In this document: piece by piece, positions 38,898 through 47,613 of the stretch
How positions within the stretch are numbered: the stretch's first letter is position 1
Layout: the number at the start of each line of letters is the position of its first letter
Source: Verrucomicrobiota bacterium
GTDB lineage: Bacteria; Verrucomicrobiota; Verrucomicrobiia; Limisphaerales; AV2
Length of the DNA stretch: 51,539 nt
Reading direction: 5' to 3'
NCBI GenBank assembly: GCA_003218515.1
Contig: QHNT01000205.1
Location: 1-51,539 of the forward strand
The notes under the pieces: model-generated
What the model was told of the DNA's origin: nothing
Databases searched by the model: none
Seen by the model: only the letters and a program-made list of their open reading frames with translations
Program-made: the position numbers and the translations under genes

Positions 38898-41800
38898 TTA
38901 GGGTGCGATGATCCGATAAAAGCGGCACGGAAGGGGCGACCCGGCTTCCTCGAATTCAAACTCACCTTCGCCTCGTTCGCTGCCGACACCGACCGGCAAC
39001 CAGGTGTTGAAGTCAATCGAAGCTTCGATCAGATAAGTCCGACGTGTAGCGCCGCTGAACTGCAGCCGCACATGGCCGTCTTTCTGGCATTTGCACGCGG
39101 TGAATCTGACTTGGGCATTTCCCGTTTCGTTCAAAGCAGAGATGACGGCTTGCGCCTCACGCAGCAAGGCCGCGGCGGTATCGGCATCAACCTTGTCCTT
39201 TTGCGACAACTCACGAAGTTCCTTTTGGAACAACTGCAAGTGACGCGCGCCGAGGTCGAAGTTGCCAGCGTCAAACGCTCTCCTGGCCACGCTCAACTGG
39301 CTGAGCAAGGAGTGCGGGCGCCTGAGGTTCGCGGCCTGCACGTGCCTGATCAGTTCGTCCGCCGCGTCAGCGGCTGTGATGACGCGGATGGCGATGCGGT
39401 TGGTGCCGGTCGCCCGGACGTCGTCCACGCGCAGCCAGACGTCGTGTGTACCCACGGACAAGGTCACCACCACAACGCGGCCAGTGGCGGAAGCGGTCGG
39501 TAGGTCATCCGTGAACCAGGAGTATTGAAGCGGATCGTTTTCAGCATCATGTGAGCGCGAACCATCCAGCACGACACGGGCGCGGTGGTTGTTGGGTGAG
39601 ATCACGCGCGTGACCGTGGCGCTCGCGTCGGCGATCGGCGCGTGGTTTACGCGTACCACCGTGATGCTGACGGTGGCGGGCGCAGAATCCGCTTCGCCAT
39701 CGTTCACCTTGAACGTGAAACTGTCCGGGCCGAAGTAATGGAGCGCAGGCCGATAAACGAGGTTGAGTGGCGTTCCGCTTAATGTGCCGTGAGCGGGGCT
39801 GTTGACGGTGTAAGTCAGGCTGCCATGATCGGCGGCATCGAAGGCGGACAGGGTAATTGCCGCGGTCGTGTCTTCCGTGACCGAAAGCATTTGGGATTGA
39901 GCGATCGGAACGAAGTTATCTGAGACGCAGCAGTTCAATAGCACCGAGATGGTACCGGAGGTATCATTGGCCACGGCCAGATCCGCCTTGCCGTCGCCGT
40001 TGAAGTCGCCCACCGCCACGGAAACAGGATTGAATCCCGCGCTGTAGTTGACCGCGGCTTGGAACGTGCCATCGCCTTTGCCCGCCAGGACTGAGATGTC
40101 GGACGAGGAATTGTTGGCCACGGCCAGATCGGGTTTGCCGTCGCCGTTGAAGTCGCCCACCATTATCGAATAGGGAGCCGGCCCAGTACCGTAGTTGGCG
40201 CCGGCTCGGAAAGTGCCGTCGCCGTTACCCAACAGGACCGCGACCGTGCTTCCAGCCACCACCAGATCAGGCTTGCCGTCGCTGTTGAAGTCGCCCACCG
40301 CAACAGAAAAAGGGTACGCTGCTGCGCCGTAGTTGACGGCGGGCTGGAAGGTGCCATCGCCTTTGCCCAGCAGCACCGAGACGTTGCCAGAGTCCGAGTT
40401 GGCGGCGACAAGATCGGGTTTGCCGTCGCCGTTGAAGTCGCCCGTTGCCACGGATCGCGGTCCTATTCCCGTGCGGTAGTTGACGGCGGACTCAAAGGTG
40501 CCATCGCCCTTGCCTAGAAGCACTGAAACGTTGCGGGAGTTGATGTTGGCGACGGCCAGATCGGCTTTGCCGTCGTGATTGAAGTCGCCGGCCACTACGG
40601 ACCAAGGATCTGCTCCCGCGCCGTAGTTGACCGCGGGTTGGAAGGTGCCATCTCCTTTACCCAATAACACCGACACACGGTCGGAGCCAGAGTTAGCCAC
40701 AGCCAAGTCGGGTTTGCCGTCACCGTTGAAGTCGCCGACTGCTACGGATCGAGGATCGTTTCCCACGCCGTATTCAACCAAAAACCGGAAGGTGCCATCG
40801 CCCCTGCCCAACAATATCCAGACACGGCCGACGGTATGGCCTGGGGCCGGGCCGTCATTGGCCGCAGCCAAGTCAGGCACTCCATCCCCGTTGAAATCAT
40901 CCACCGCGATTGAATGAAGACCGGTTATCAAATCGATCTGGCGTATGGCCACGAAGTTCGGTGCGGGACAACGGTCGGTAACCGGCGTGTGGTCAGCCGC
41001 TAATACCTTGAGGCTGACCGTTGCGCGCGCAGAATCCGTTTTGCCGTCGTTTACCGCAAACGCAAAGGCGTCCGAGCCGTAGTAATGGAGGGCAGGCTGG
41101 TATAGCACGTTGGGCGGTGTCCCGCTCAGCGTGCCATGGGCTGGCTGGCTGACGACGTAGGTCAGCTCGTCGTGATCGGCGTCAAACGCGGACAGTGTGA
41201 TTGCCGCGGCCATATCTTGGGTGACGGAAAGCATTTGAGATTGGGCGACCGGCGTGTGGTTTGTCGCTATCACGATGATGCTGACCGTTGCGATCGCAGA
41301 ATCCGCATTGCCGGCGCTCGCGGTGAACGTGAAGCTGTCCGGCCCGACGTAATCGGGCGCAGGCCGATAAAAAACGTTGGGTGGTGTTCCGCTCAATGTG
41401 CCGTGGGTCGGAGAGGTGACGTTGTAAGTCAAGATGCCTTGATCCGCAGCGAGCGCGACTAACGTGATCGCGGTGAGTGTGCCTTGCATGACTGAGCGCG
41501 TTTGAGATCGCGCTACCGGCACTGTATTGGTCGAGTTAACCGCGGCGCAGGTGTTCGGCAGCATGGTGAGGCCGGCCGCGCGAGCCACGACTATGTCGGG
41601 TAGGTCGTCACCGTTGAAGTCACCCACCGCCACGGAGCCAGGACCATATCCCACGAACCAGTTGGCGGCGGTCTGAAAGGACCCGTCGCCCTTGCCCAGC
41701 AGCACCGAGACGTCGCCGGAGCTAAGGTTGGCCACGGCCAAATCGGGTTTCCCATCAACGTTGAAGTCGCCCACCGCCACGGAAACGGGATTCGCTCCCG

Positions 41801-43790
41801 TAGTAGAGTTGACCGCGGATTGGAAGGTGCCATCGCCTTTACTCAACAGCACAGAGACGCTCCCGGCGGGAGTTTCGCTGACCACGACAAGGTCTGACTT
41901 GGCGTCGCCGTTGACGTCGGCTGCCACCACGACAACCTGAGACGTTCCCGCGGCGGTGTTGACGGAGGACTGGAAAGTGCCATCGCCTCTGCCCAGCAGC
42001 ACGGCGAGGGTGGATGGGCCACCAAACCACGCCGAATTGATCACGGCCAGGTCCGGCTTGCCGTCGCCATTGAAATCGCCCACCGCCACGGAGCGAGGAA
42101 AGTTTCCCACACTGTAGTTCGAGGGAGACTGAAAGGTGCCCTCTCCCTGGCCCAACAACACCGAGAGGGAGCCGTAATTCGGGGGAATAACCGCGCCGCC
42201 CAAGATATCCGGGAAAGAACCTGGCGAACCAGCGTTGGCGACAGCGAGGTCGGGCTTGCCGTCGCCGTTGAAGTCAGCCATCACCACGGAAACCGGATTG
42301 GTTCCCGCGGCGTAATTGACGGCACGCCGAAAGGTGCCGTCGCCCTGGCCTAACAACACCGCGATCCCGTCTTTGTTGGCCACCGCCAAATCGGTCCTGC
42401 CGTCGCTGTTGAGGTCGGCCGGCAGCACGGAAACCGGATTGGCTCCCGTGGCGTAATTCACGGCGCGCTGAAAGGTACCGTCGCTCTGGCCCAACAACAC
42501 CGCAGTCCCGCTGCTGTTGGCCACGGCCAGGTCGGGCCTGCCATCGCCGTTGAAGTCGCCCGCGGCTACGGAATGCGGAAAGGCGCCCACACCAAAGGGG
42601 ATGGCGTTTGGGAATGTGCCATCAACATTGCCCAAGAGCACCGCGATTTGGAAGTCGTTGGCCACGGCCAGGTCGGGTCTGCCGTCGTTGTTGAAGTCGC
42701 CCACAGCCACTGAAGAAGGCTGCAAACCCGCGGCGTAGTTGACGCGGCTCTTGAAGGTTCCATCGCCCTTGCCCAACAACACCGCGACGCCGTCGGCGTT
42801 GGCGATGACCAAGTCAAGTTTGCCGTCGTTGTTGAAGTCGCTCACCTTCGCAGAACGAGGACCTGGTCCCGCGTCGTAGATGACGGCAGGTTGAAAGTTG
42901 CCATCGCCCTTGCCCAAGAGCACCGAGACACTACCTCCAGTATAAATCGATTCAGGATCTCTGTTGGCCACCGCCAGGTCAGGTTTGCCATCGCCGTTGA
43001 AGTCGCCGACAGCCACAGATTGAGGATACGTTCGAACAGCGTAGTTGACGGCGGCCTGGAAAGTGCCATCGCCGTTGCCCAATAACACCGAGAGGGAGCC
43101 GCCTGTTCTCGGCATGTATGCCACGAAGGATCCCGCGTTGGCCACGACGAGGTCGGGCCTGCCGTCGCCGTTAAAGTCGGCCACGACTGCGGATTCGGGA
43201 TTGGATCCCGCGCAGTAGTTGACGGCGGGCTGGAAGGTGCCATCTCCCCTGCCCAACAACACGGAGACGTTGGCCGAGGTCTCGTTGGCTACCGCGAGAT
43301 CGAAATTGCCATCGCTATTAAAGTCGCCCACCGTCACGGAATGAGGATTCAATCCTGCGCCATAGTTGACCGCGGCAAGGAACGTGCCGTCGCCTTTGCC
43401 CAACAACACCGAGACGTCGCCGGAGGAGTCGTAGCCTTCGTTGGCCACGACGAGGTCAGGCTGTGCGTCGCCGTTGAGGTCGTCCACCGCCACAAAAACC
43501 GGATGCACTCCGGTTCGATAGGTGACAGCGCTCTGGAAGTCGCCATCCCCCTTGCCCAACAGAATCGAGACGTCATCAGAATCGAAATTGGCTACGGCCA
43601 GGTCGGGTTGACCGTCGCCGTTGAAATCGCCCACGGCCAGGGAAGAAGAACCCCCGCGCGTTTCAAACGTGCGAGGTGATACGAAAGCGGGTGCAGGGCA
43701 CCCGTCACCCAGGATTGGCTCGACGTGAAAAAGGCTGCTCAGAAGAATGACGGATGCTATCGCAGTTGGATTAAGTATCAACGTTTTCAT
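38898..43790 (-). CDS. giant secreted FG-GAP/VCBS beta-propeller protein with Ig-like, PKD-like and helical domains (unit C)
   Basis: ATG 43790 follows aaggag. Layout: signal peptide; CPAPAF box; about 13 FG-GAP units; two Ig-like domains (HGTLSGTPPNV.Y.PA..Y.G.D.F.F); a second CPAPNF box with about 7 FG-GAP units; a third Ig-like domain; a PKD-like domain (DPLQYSW); a helical region; a divergent C-terminal module ending RFYRIIAP. Confidence 0.85.
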   Translation of the reverse strand: MKTLILNPTAIASVILLSSLFHVEPILGDGCPAPAFVSPRTFETRGGSSSLAVGDFNGDGQPDLAVANFDSDDVSILLGKGDGDFQSAVTYRTGVHPVFVAVDDLNGDAQPDLVVANEGYDSSGDVSVLLGKGDGTFLAAVNYGAGLNPHSVTVGDFNSDGNFDLAVANETSANVSVLLGRGDGTFQPAVNYCAGSNPESAVVADFNGDGRPDLVVANAGSFVAYMPRTGGSLSVLLGNGDGTFQAAVNYAVRTYPQSVAVGDFNGDGKPDLAVANRDPESIYTGGSVSVLLGKGDGNFQPAVIYDAGPGPRSAKVSDFNNDGKLDLVIANADGVAVLLGKGDGTFKSRVNYAAGLQPSSVAVGDFNNDGRPDLAVANDFQIAVLLGNVDGTFPNAIPFGVGAFPHSVAAGDFNGDGRPDLAVANSSGTAVLLGQSDGTFQRAVNYATGANPVSVLPADLNSDGRTDLAVANKDGIAVLLGQGDGTFRRAVNYAAGTNPVSVVMADFNGDGKPDLAVANAGSPGSFPDILGGAVIPPNYGSLSVLLGQGEGTFQSPSNYSVGNFPRSVAVGDFNGDGKPDLAVINSAWFGGPSTLAVLLGRGDGTFQSSVNTAAGTSQVVVVAADVNGDAKSDLVVVSETPAGSVSVLLSKGDGTFQSAVNSTTGANPVSVAVGDFNVDGKPDLAVANLSSGDVSVLLGKGDGSFQTAANWFVGYGPGSVAVGDFNGDDLPDIVVARAAGLTMLPNTCAAVNSTNTVPVARSQTRSVMQGTLTAITLVALAADQGILTYNVTSPTHGTLSGTPPNVFYRPAPDYVGPDSFTFTASAGNADSAIATVSIIVIATNHTPVAQSQMLSVTQDMAAAITLSAFDADHDELTYVVSQPAHGTLSGTPPNVLYQPALHYYGSDAFAFAVNDGKTDSARATVSLKVLAADHTPVTDRCPAPNFVAIRQIDLITGLHSIAVDDFNGDGVPDLAAANDGPAPGHTVGRVWILLGRGDGTFRFLVEYGVGNDPRSVAVGDFNGDGKPDLAVANSGSDRVSVLLGKGDGTFQPAVNYGAGADPWSVVAGDFNHDGKADLAVANINSRNVSVLLGKGDGTFESAVNYRTGIGPRSVATGDFNGDGKPDLVAANSDSGNVSVLLGKGDGTFQPAVNYGAAAYPFSVAVGDFNSDGKPDLVVAGSTVAVLLGNGDGTFRAGANYGTGPAPYSIMVGDFNGDGKPDLAVANNSSSDISVLAGKGDGTFQAAVNYSAGFNPVSVAVGDFNGDGKADLAVANDTSGTISVLLNCCVSDNFVPIAQSQMLSVTEDTTAAITLSAFDAADHGSLTYTVNSPAHGTLSGTPLNLVYRPALHYFGPDSFTFKVNDGEADSAPATVSITVVRVNHAPIADASATVTRVISPNNHRARVVLDGSRSHDAENDPLQYSWFTDDLPTASATGRVVVVTLSVGTHDVWLRVDDVRATGTNRIAIRVITAADAADELIRHVQAANLRRPHSLLSQLSVARRAFDAGNFDLGARHLQLFQKELRELSQKDKVDADTAAALLREAQAVISALNETGNAQVRFTACKCQKDGHVRLQFSGATRRTYLIEASIDFNTWLPVGVGSERGEGEFEFEEAGSPLPCRFYRIIAP

Positions 43791-43819
43791 GGTCTGGCTC
43801 CTTTGGTATCGGCGCTGCG

Positions 43820-45211
43820 TCACGGTTTGCGCAAGCGGAAGAAGCGTTCTTGCTCGTCGAGCGGCGCGGTGACCTCCAATCGGCCGTTGTTGGTCGTGAG
43901 CGCCTCGATGGGGCGCTGCCAATTCGTCGAGCCAACGCTTGTAATGGATTCGAGAATGAACCCAGCGTACGGCAGCGGCCAGGAAAAGGTGAGGCCCGTG
44001 TTGGTGCGCGCGACGCCGAGGTGAATGCCGGCGAAGGCGCAGGTGTTCAATAGTACTGCGATGTCGCCGGAGAAGGAATTGGCCTTGACCAGATCGGGCC
44101 GGCCGTCGCCGTTAAGGTCGCTCACCACCAAAGCGATTGGTGTTGTCGACTGGTGATGCCAACCCGGAGTGAAATCGACCGAGGATTGGAAGGTACCGTC
44201 GCCCTTGCCCAACAGCACCGAGTCGTTTGGTGAGAATTCGTTGCCGACGGCCAGATCGAGCTCGCCGTCGCCATTGAAGTCGCCGACGGCAACGGAAGTC
44301 CCGCCCGGGCCATATCCGACCGCGTGCCCAAAGGTGCCATCGCCCTTGCCCAAGAGCACTGAAACACTGCTGAAAACTACCAAATCGCCTATCCCAAAAT
44401 TAGCCACCGCCAAGTCCGGCTTGCCGTCGGCGTTAAAGTCACCCACCGCGACGGAATAAGTATACGGCCCGGCACCGTAGGCGACTGGGGATTGAAAGGT
44501 GCCGTCTCCATTGCCTAACAGCACCAAGACGGAGGTGGAATAATTATCATGGCTTACTACAGCCAAATCCAGTTTGCCGTCGCCGTTGAAATCTCCCGTG
44601 GCCATAGAACGAGGAAAACCTCCTGCGCTGTAGTTAACTGCGGCTTGGAACGTGCCGTCTCCCTTGCCCAACAGGACTGAGACGCCTCCGTTGGTCGGGT
44701 AGACACCGGCGTCGGCCACGACGAGGTCGAGCTTGCCGTCACCGTTGAAGTCGCCCGCGACAACGGAAACGGGTGCGGTTCCAGCGCCGTAGTTGACGGC
44801 GCCTTGGAACGTCCCGTCACCCTGGCCCAGCAGAACCGATACGTTACCGTTGCCCTGCGACACGCTGATGGGGCTGGTGGAATTGTTCACCGTCACGAGG
44901 TCGGCCTTGCCATCACCGTTGAAGTCGCCCACCGCCACCGAAACAGGATTCGTTCCCGCGCGATAGTTGATAGGGGCTTGGAACGTGCCATCGCCATTGC
45001 CCAACAACACCGAGCCTGTCGTGGCGAGGTCCGCTCTGCCATCGCCGTTCAAGTCGCCCACCGCAACAGATACAGGATACGATCCCGCGGTGAACCAGAG
45101 CGGCCCTGAAAAGCTGGGCGCGGGACAACCGTCGGCGGCGCACATTGGAGTGTGAAAGAGGCTGCTCAGCAGAATGAGCGAGGCCACCGCAGTTGATTTT
45201 GAGGATTTCAT
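43820..45211 (-). CDS. secreted FG-GAP/VCBS beta-propeller protein (unit B, complete)
   Basis: Signal peptide, CPAPSF box, about 7 units of GDFNGDGK.DLAV....SVLLGKGDGTFQ, and a 77-aa C-terminal module ending RFFRLRKP. Confidence 0.85.
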   Translation of the reverse strand: MKSSKSTAVASLILLSSLFHTPMCAADGCPAPSFSGPLWFTAGSYPVSVAVGDLNGDGRADLATTGSVLLGNGDGTFQAPINYRAGTNPVSVAVGDFNGDGKADLVTVNNSTSPISVSQGNGNVSVLLGQGDGTFQGAVNYGAGTAPVSVVAGDFNGDGKLDLVVADAGVYPTNGGVSVLLGKGDGTFQAAVNYSAGGFPRSMATGDFNGDGKLDLAVVSHDNYSTSVLVLLGNGDGTFQSPVAYGAGPYTYSVAVGDFNADGKPDLAVANFGIGDLVVFSSVSVLLGKGDGTFGHAVGYGPGGTSVAVGDFNGDGELDLAVGNEFSPNDSVLLGKGDGTFQSSVDFTPGWHHQSTTPIALVVSDLNGDGRPDLVKANSFSGDIAVLLNTCAFAGIHLGVARTNTGLTFSWPLPYAGFILESITSVGSTNWQRPIEALTTNNGRLEVTAPLDEQERFFRLRKP

Positions 45212-45244
45212 TTTCTTGCTCCAAGGTGCGGTAATGGCGCGGCG

Positions 45245-45619
45245 TCACGGCTTGCGTAAGCGGAAGAACCTTCCCGGTTGGTCAAATGGCGCTGCGAGTT
45301 GCAGCCGTCCGCTGTTGGTCATCGGCGATTCGAAGACGCGTTGCCAGTTCGTCGAGCCAACGTTTGTCGTGGATTCGAGAGCGAAATCAGCGTACGGGAG
45401 CGGCCAGGAAAGAGTGAGATTGGAATTGCTGCGTGCAACGCCGAGGCGAAGGCCTGCGGAGGCGCTGGTGTTCAACAGCACTGAAACGCCCCGAAGCTGC
45501 GCCACCAGCAGATCCGGCTTGCCATCGCCGTTGAAGTCGCCCACGGCCACGGATTGAGGACTGGCTCCAGCGTCGAATACGCTTGCCACCGCGAAGCTGG
45601 GCGCGGGACACTGACGGCA
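45245..45619 (-). pseudogene. collapsed FG-GAP unit A' (CPAPSF box + one repeat + C-terminal module, no start)
   Basis: Only the last ~125 codons of ORF 45245..45994 make sense: CRQCPAPSFAVASVFDAGASPQSVAVGDFNGDGKPDLLVAQLRGVSVLLNTSASAGLRLGVARSNSNLTLSWPLPYADFALESTT...RFFRLRKP. There is no signal peptide and it is joined out of frame to unit A. Confidence 0.65.
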
Positions 45620-47613
45620 GGTTGGAAGGTACCATCGCCCCGACCCAACAACACGGAACAGTCGGCCGAGTAGAGGTTGGCCACGGCCAAGTCGGCCTCG
45701 CCGTCGCCGTTGAAGTCGCCGGCCGCGAGGGAGACCGGATACGGTCCATTGCCGCCGTCGGAGTTGACCGTGGTCTGGAAGAAGGTGCCATCCCCTTTGC
45801 CTAAGAGCACCGTAACCTTGGTGAAGTATTCGTCGGCCACCGCAAGGTCGGGTCTCCCGTCGCCGTTGAAATCGCTCACAACCACGGAAACAGGGATCGT
45901 TCCCGTGCCGTAGCTGACCGGAGCTTGGAAGGTACCATTGCCCCGGCCTAAAAACAGCAAGACACTGCCGTTGGTATAAGTGCCCCGATTCCAATCCCAG
46001 GAGCCAACGTCGGCAACGACCAAGTCAGGCTTGCCATCGCCATTAAAATCGCCCACCGACACGGAAGAAGGTTGGGTTCCCGCCAGGTAGTTGAGGGCGG
46101 TCTGGAACGTGCCATCGCCATTTCCCAACAGGACTGAAACCGAGGCCGCCGGGCGCGGAGACAGCGGCTCGCCATGGTTTGCCACAGCCAAGTCCGGCTT
46201 GCCGTCGCCGTTGAAGTCGCCCACTGCCACCGAAACAGCATTCGTTCCCGTGCCGTACTGGACCGCAATCCCGAGGGCACCATCTCCTGTGCCCAACAGC
46301 ACAGAAACCTGGGCGGAGCTCTCGTTGGCCATGACGACGTCGGGTTTGCCATCGCCGTTGAAGTCACCCACCACCACGGATTGAGGTTGCGCCCCCGCGC
46401 GGTAGTTGAAGGGGGCTTGGAAGGTGCCATCGCCCTCGCCCAAAAGCACCGCGACGCGCCCGTAGGATTTCGAATATTGAGACGGCGCGTCACCCTCGGC
46501 ATACGCGACGGCTAAGTCGGGTTTACCATCGCTGTTGAAGTCGCCCACGGCCAGAGAATCAAGGCCCTGTCCCACGCCATAGCTGACCGCATTCTGGAAG
46601 CTGCCATCACCCTTGCTCAAAAGGACCAACACGCCGGAATAATTGACTGTGGCAAGGTCAGGTTTACCGTCGCCGTTGAAGTCGCCAACCACCAGGAACG
46701 ACGGATTCGAGGCCGTCCTGAAGTTGGCGGCGGCCAGGAAGGTGCCATCGCCCCGGCCCAGTAACAACGAGACGTTGTTGGTAGAATAGGCAGCTACGGC
46801 CAGGTCGAGTTTGCCGTCGGCGTTGAAGTCGCCTGCCACGACGTAACTGGGATTCCCGCCCGGGGTGTAATTGACGGCGGGCTGGAATGTGCCGTCGCCG
46901 TTGCCCAGCAGCACTGAGACGCTGCCCTCGGTATAGTTGCCACCGAACAAACCGAGGTTGGCCACCGCCAAGTCGGGTTTGCCGTCGCCGTTGAAATCGC
47001 CGACAGCAACAGAGCAAGGATTTGTTCCAGCCCCGTAGTTCGCGGCGGCGTGGAAAGTGCCATCGCGCCGGCCCAACAGCACGGAGACTTTATTGGTAGA
47101 ATTAGAAGTCGTCGCCACGGCCAGATCGAGCCTGCCGTCACCGTCGAAGTCACCCACTGCCACGGACCGGGGAAACGTTCCCAAGCCGGAGCTGACAGGC
47201 GCTTGGAAGGTGCCATCACCTTTGCCCAACAGCACTGAGACACCGGCTTCGTCGGCCACAGCGAGGTCGGGCTTGCCGTCGCCGTTGAGATCACCCACCG
47301 CCACAGGCCGAGGACCCACTCCCGCTCCATAGTTAACGGCGGCCTGGAAAGTGCCATCCCCGTTGCCTAACACTACCCATTGGCCCACGGCCAGGTCAGG
47401 CTTACCATCACCGTTGAAGTCGCCTACCACCATGGAGAGAACACCCATTCCCACGTCGAACGTGCGTCCTGCAGCGAAGCTGGGCGCAGGAAACCCGGCG
47501 GCCAAGGCAGATTTGCGGTGAACCAAACTGCCCAGCAGGATGACCGTGAGAAGTGACAGCGGGACTTTCACGAGGACCGTACATGACCGACAACAGACAC
47601 CTTTCCCACTCAT
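45472..47613 (-). CDS. secreted FG-GAP/VCBS beta-propeller protein (unit A), 3' end disrupted
   Basis: ATG 47613, signal peptide, FPAPSF box and about 12 FG-GAP units. After ...GRGDGTFQPAV (about 45615) the frame runs 48 unrelated codons to a stop, and the unit's own C-terminal module is missing. Confidence 0.75.
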   Translation of the reverse strand: MSGKGVCCRSCTVLVKVPLSLLTVILLGSLVHRKSALAAGFPAPSFAAGRTFDVGMGVLSMVVGDFNGDGKPDLAVGQWVVLGNGDGTFQAAVNYGAGVGPRPVAVGDLNGDGKPDLAVADEAGVSVLLGKGDGTFQAPVSSGLGTFPRSVAVGDFDGDGRLDLAVATTSNSTNKVSVLLGRRDGTFHAAANYGAGTNPCSVAVGDFNGDGKPDLAVANLGLFGGNYTEGSVSVLLGNGDGTFQPAVNYTPGGNPSYVVAGDFNADGKLDLAVAAYSTNNVSLLLGRGDGTFLAAANFRTASNPSFLVVGDFNGDGKPDLATVNYSGVLVLLSKGDGSFQNAVSYGVGQGLDSLAVGDFNSDGKPDLAVAYAEGDAPSQYSKSYGRVAVLLGEGDGTFQAPFNYRAGAQPQSVVVGDFNGDGKPDVVMANESSAQVSVLLGTGDGALGIAVQYGTGTNAVSVAVGDFNGDGKPDLAVANHGEPLSPRPAASVSVLLGNGDGTFQTALNYLAGTQPSSVSVGDFNGDGKPDLVVADVGSWDWNRGTYTNGSVLLFLGRGNGTFQAPVSYGTGTIPVSVVVSDFNGDGRPDLAVADEYFTKVTVLLGKGDGTFFQTTVNSDGGNGPYPVSLAAGDFNGDGEADLAVANLYSADCSVLLGRGDGTFQPAVSVPRPASRWQAYSTLEPVLNPWPWATSTAMASRICWWRSFGAFQCC

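Noticed and set aside
38898-38900. Functional stop-codon readthrough joining unit C to the downstream module fragment
   Set aside because: There is no recoding signal, and unit C already has its own complete C-terminal module. The in-frame arrangement is more simply a recombination scar. Kept only as a minor note in the findings.
38733-39503. 256-aa plus-strand ORF overlapping the 3' end of the giant FG-GAP gene
   Set aside because: It is antisense to a well-supported CDS and its translation has no domain features.
45620-45994. N-terminal half of the 249-aa ORF 45245..45994
   Set aside because: It is an out-of-frame reading of unit A's FG-GAP repeats (Arg/Gly-rich nonsense). Only the last ~125 codons (CPAPSF box onward) are homologous to the family.
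38000-47600. Possible CRISPR-like or satellite array suggested by strongly periodic DNA
   Set aside because: The periodicity (~150-170 nt) corresponds to translated FG-GAP protein repeats with variable sequence. There are no short identical direct repeats with unique spacers and no cas genes.
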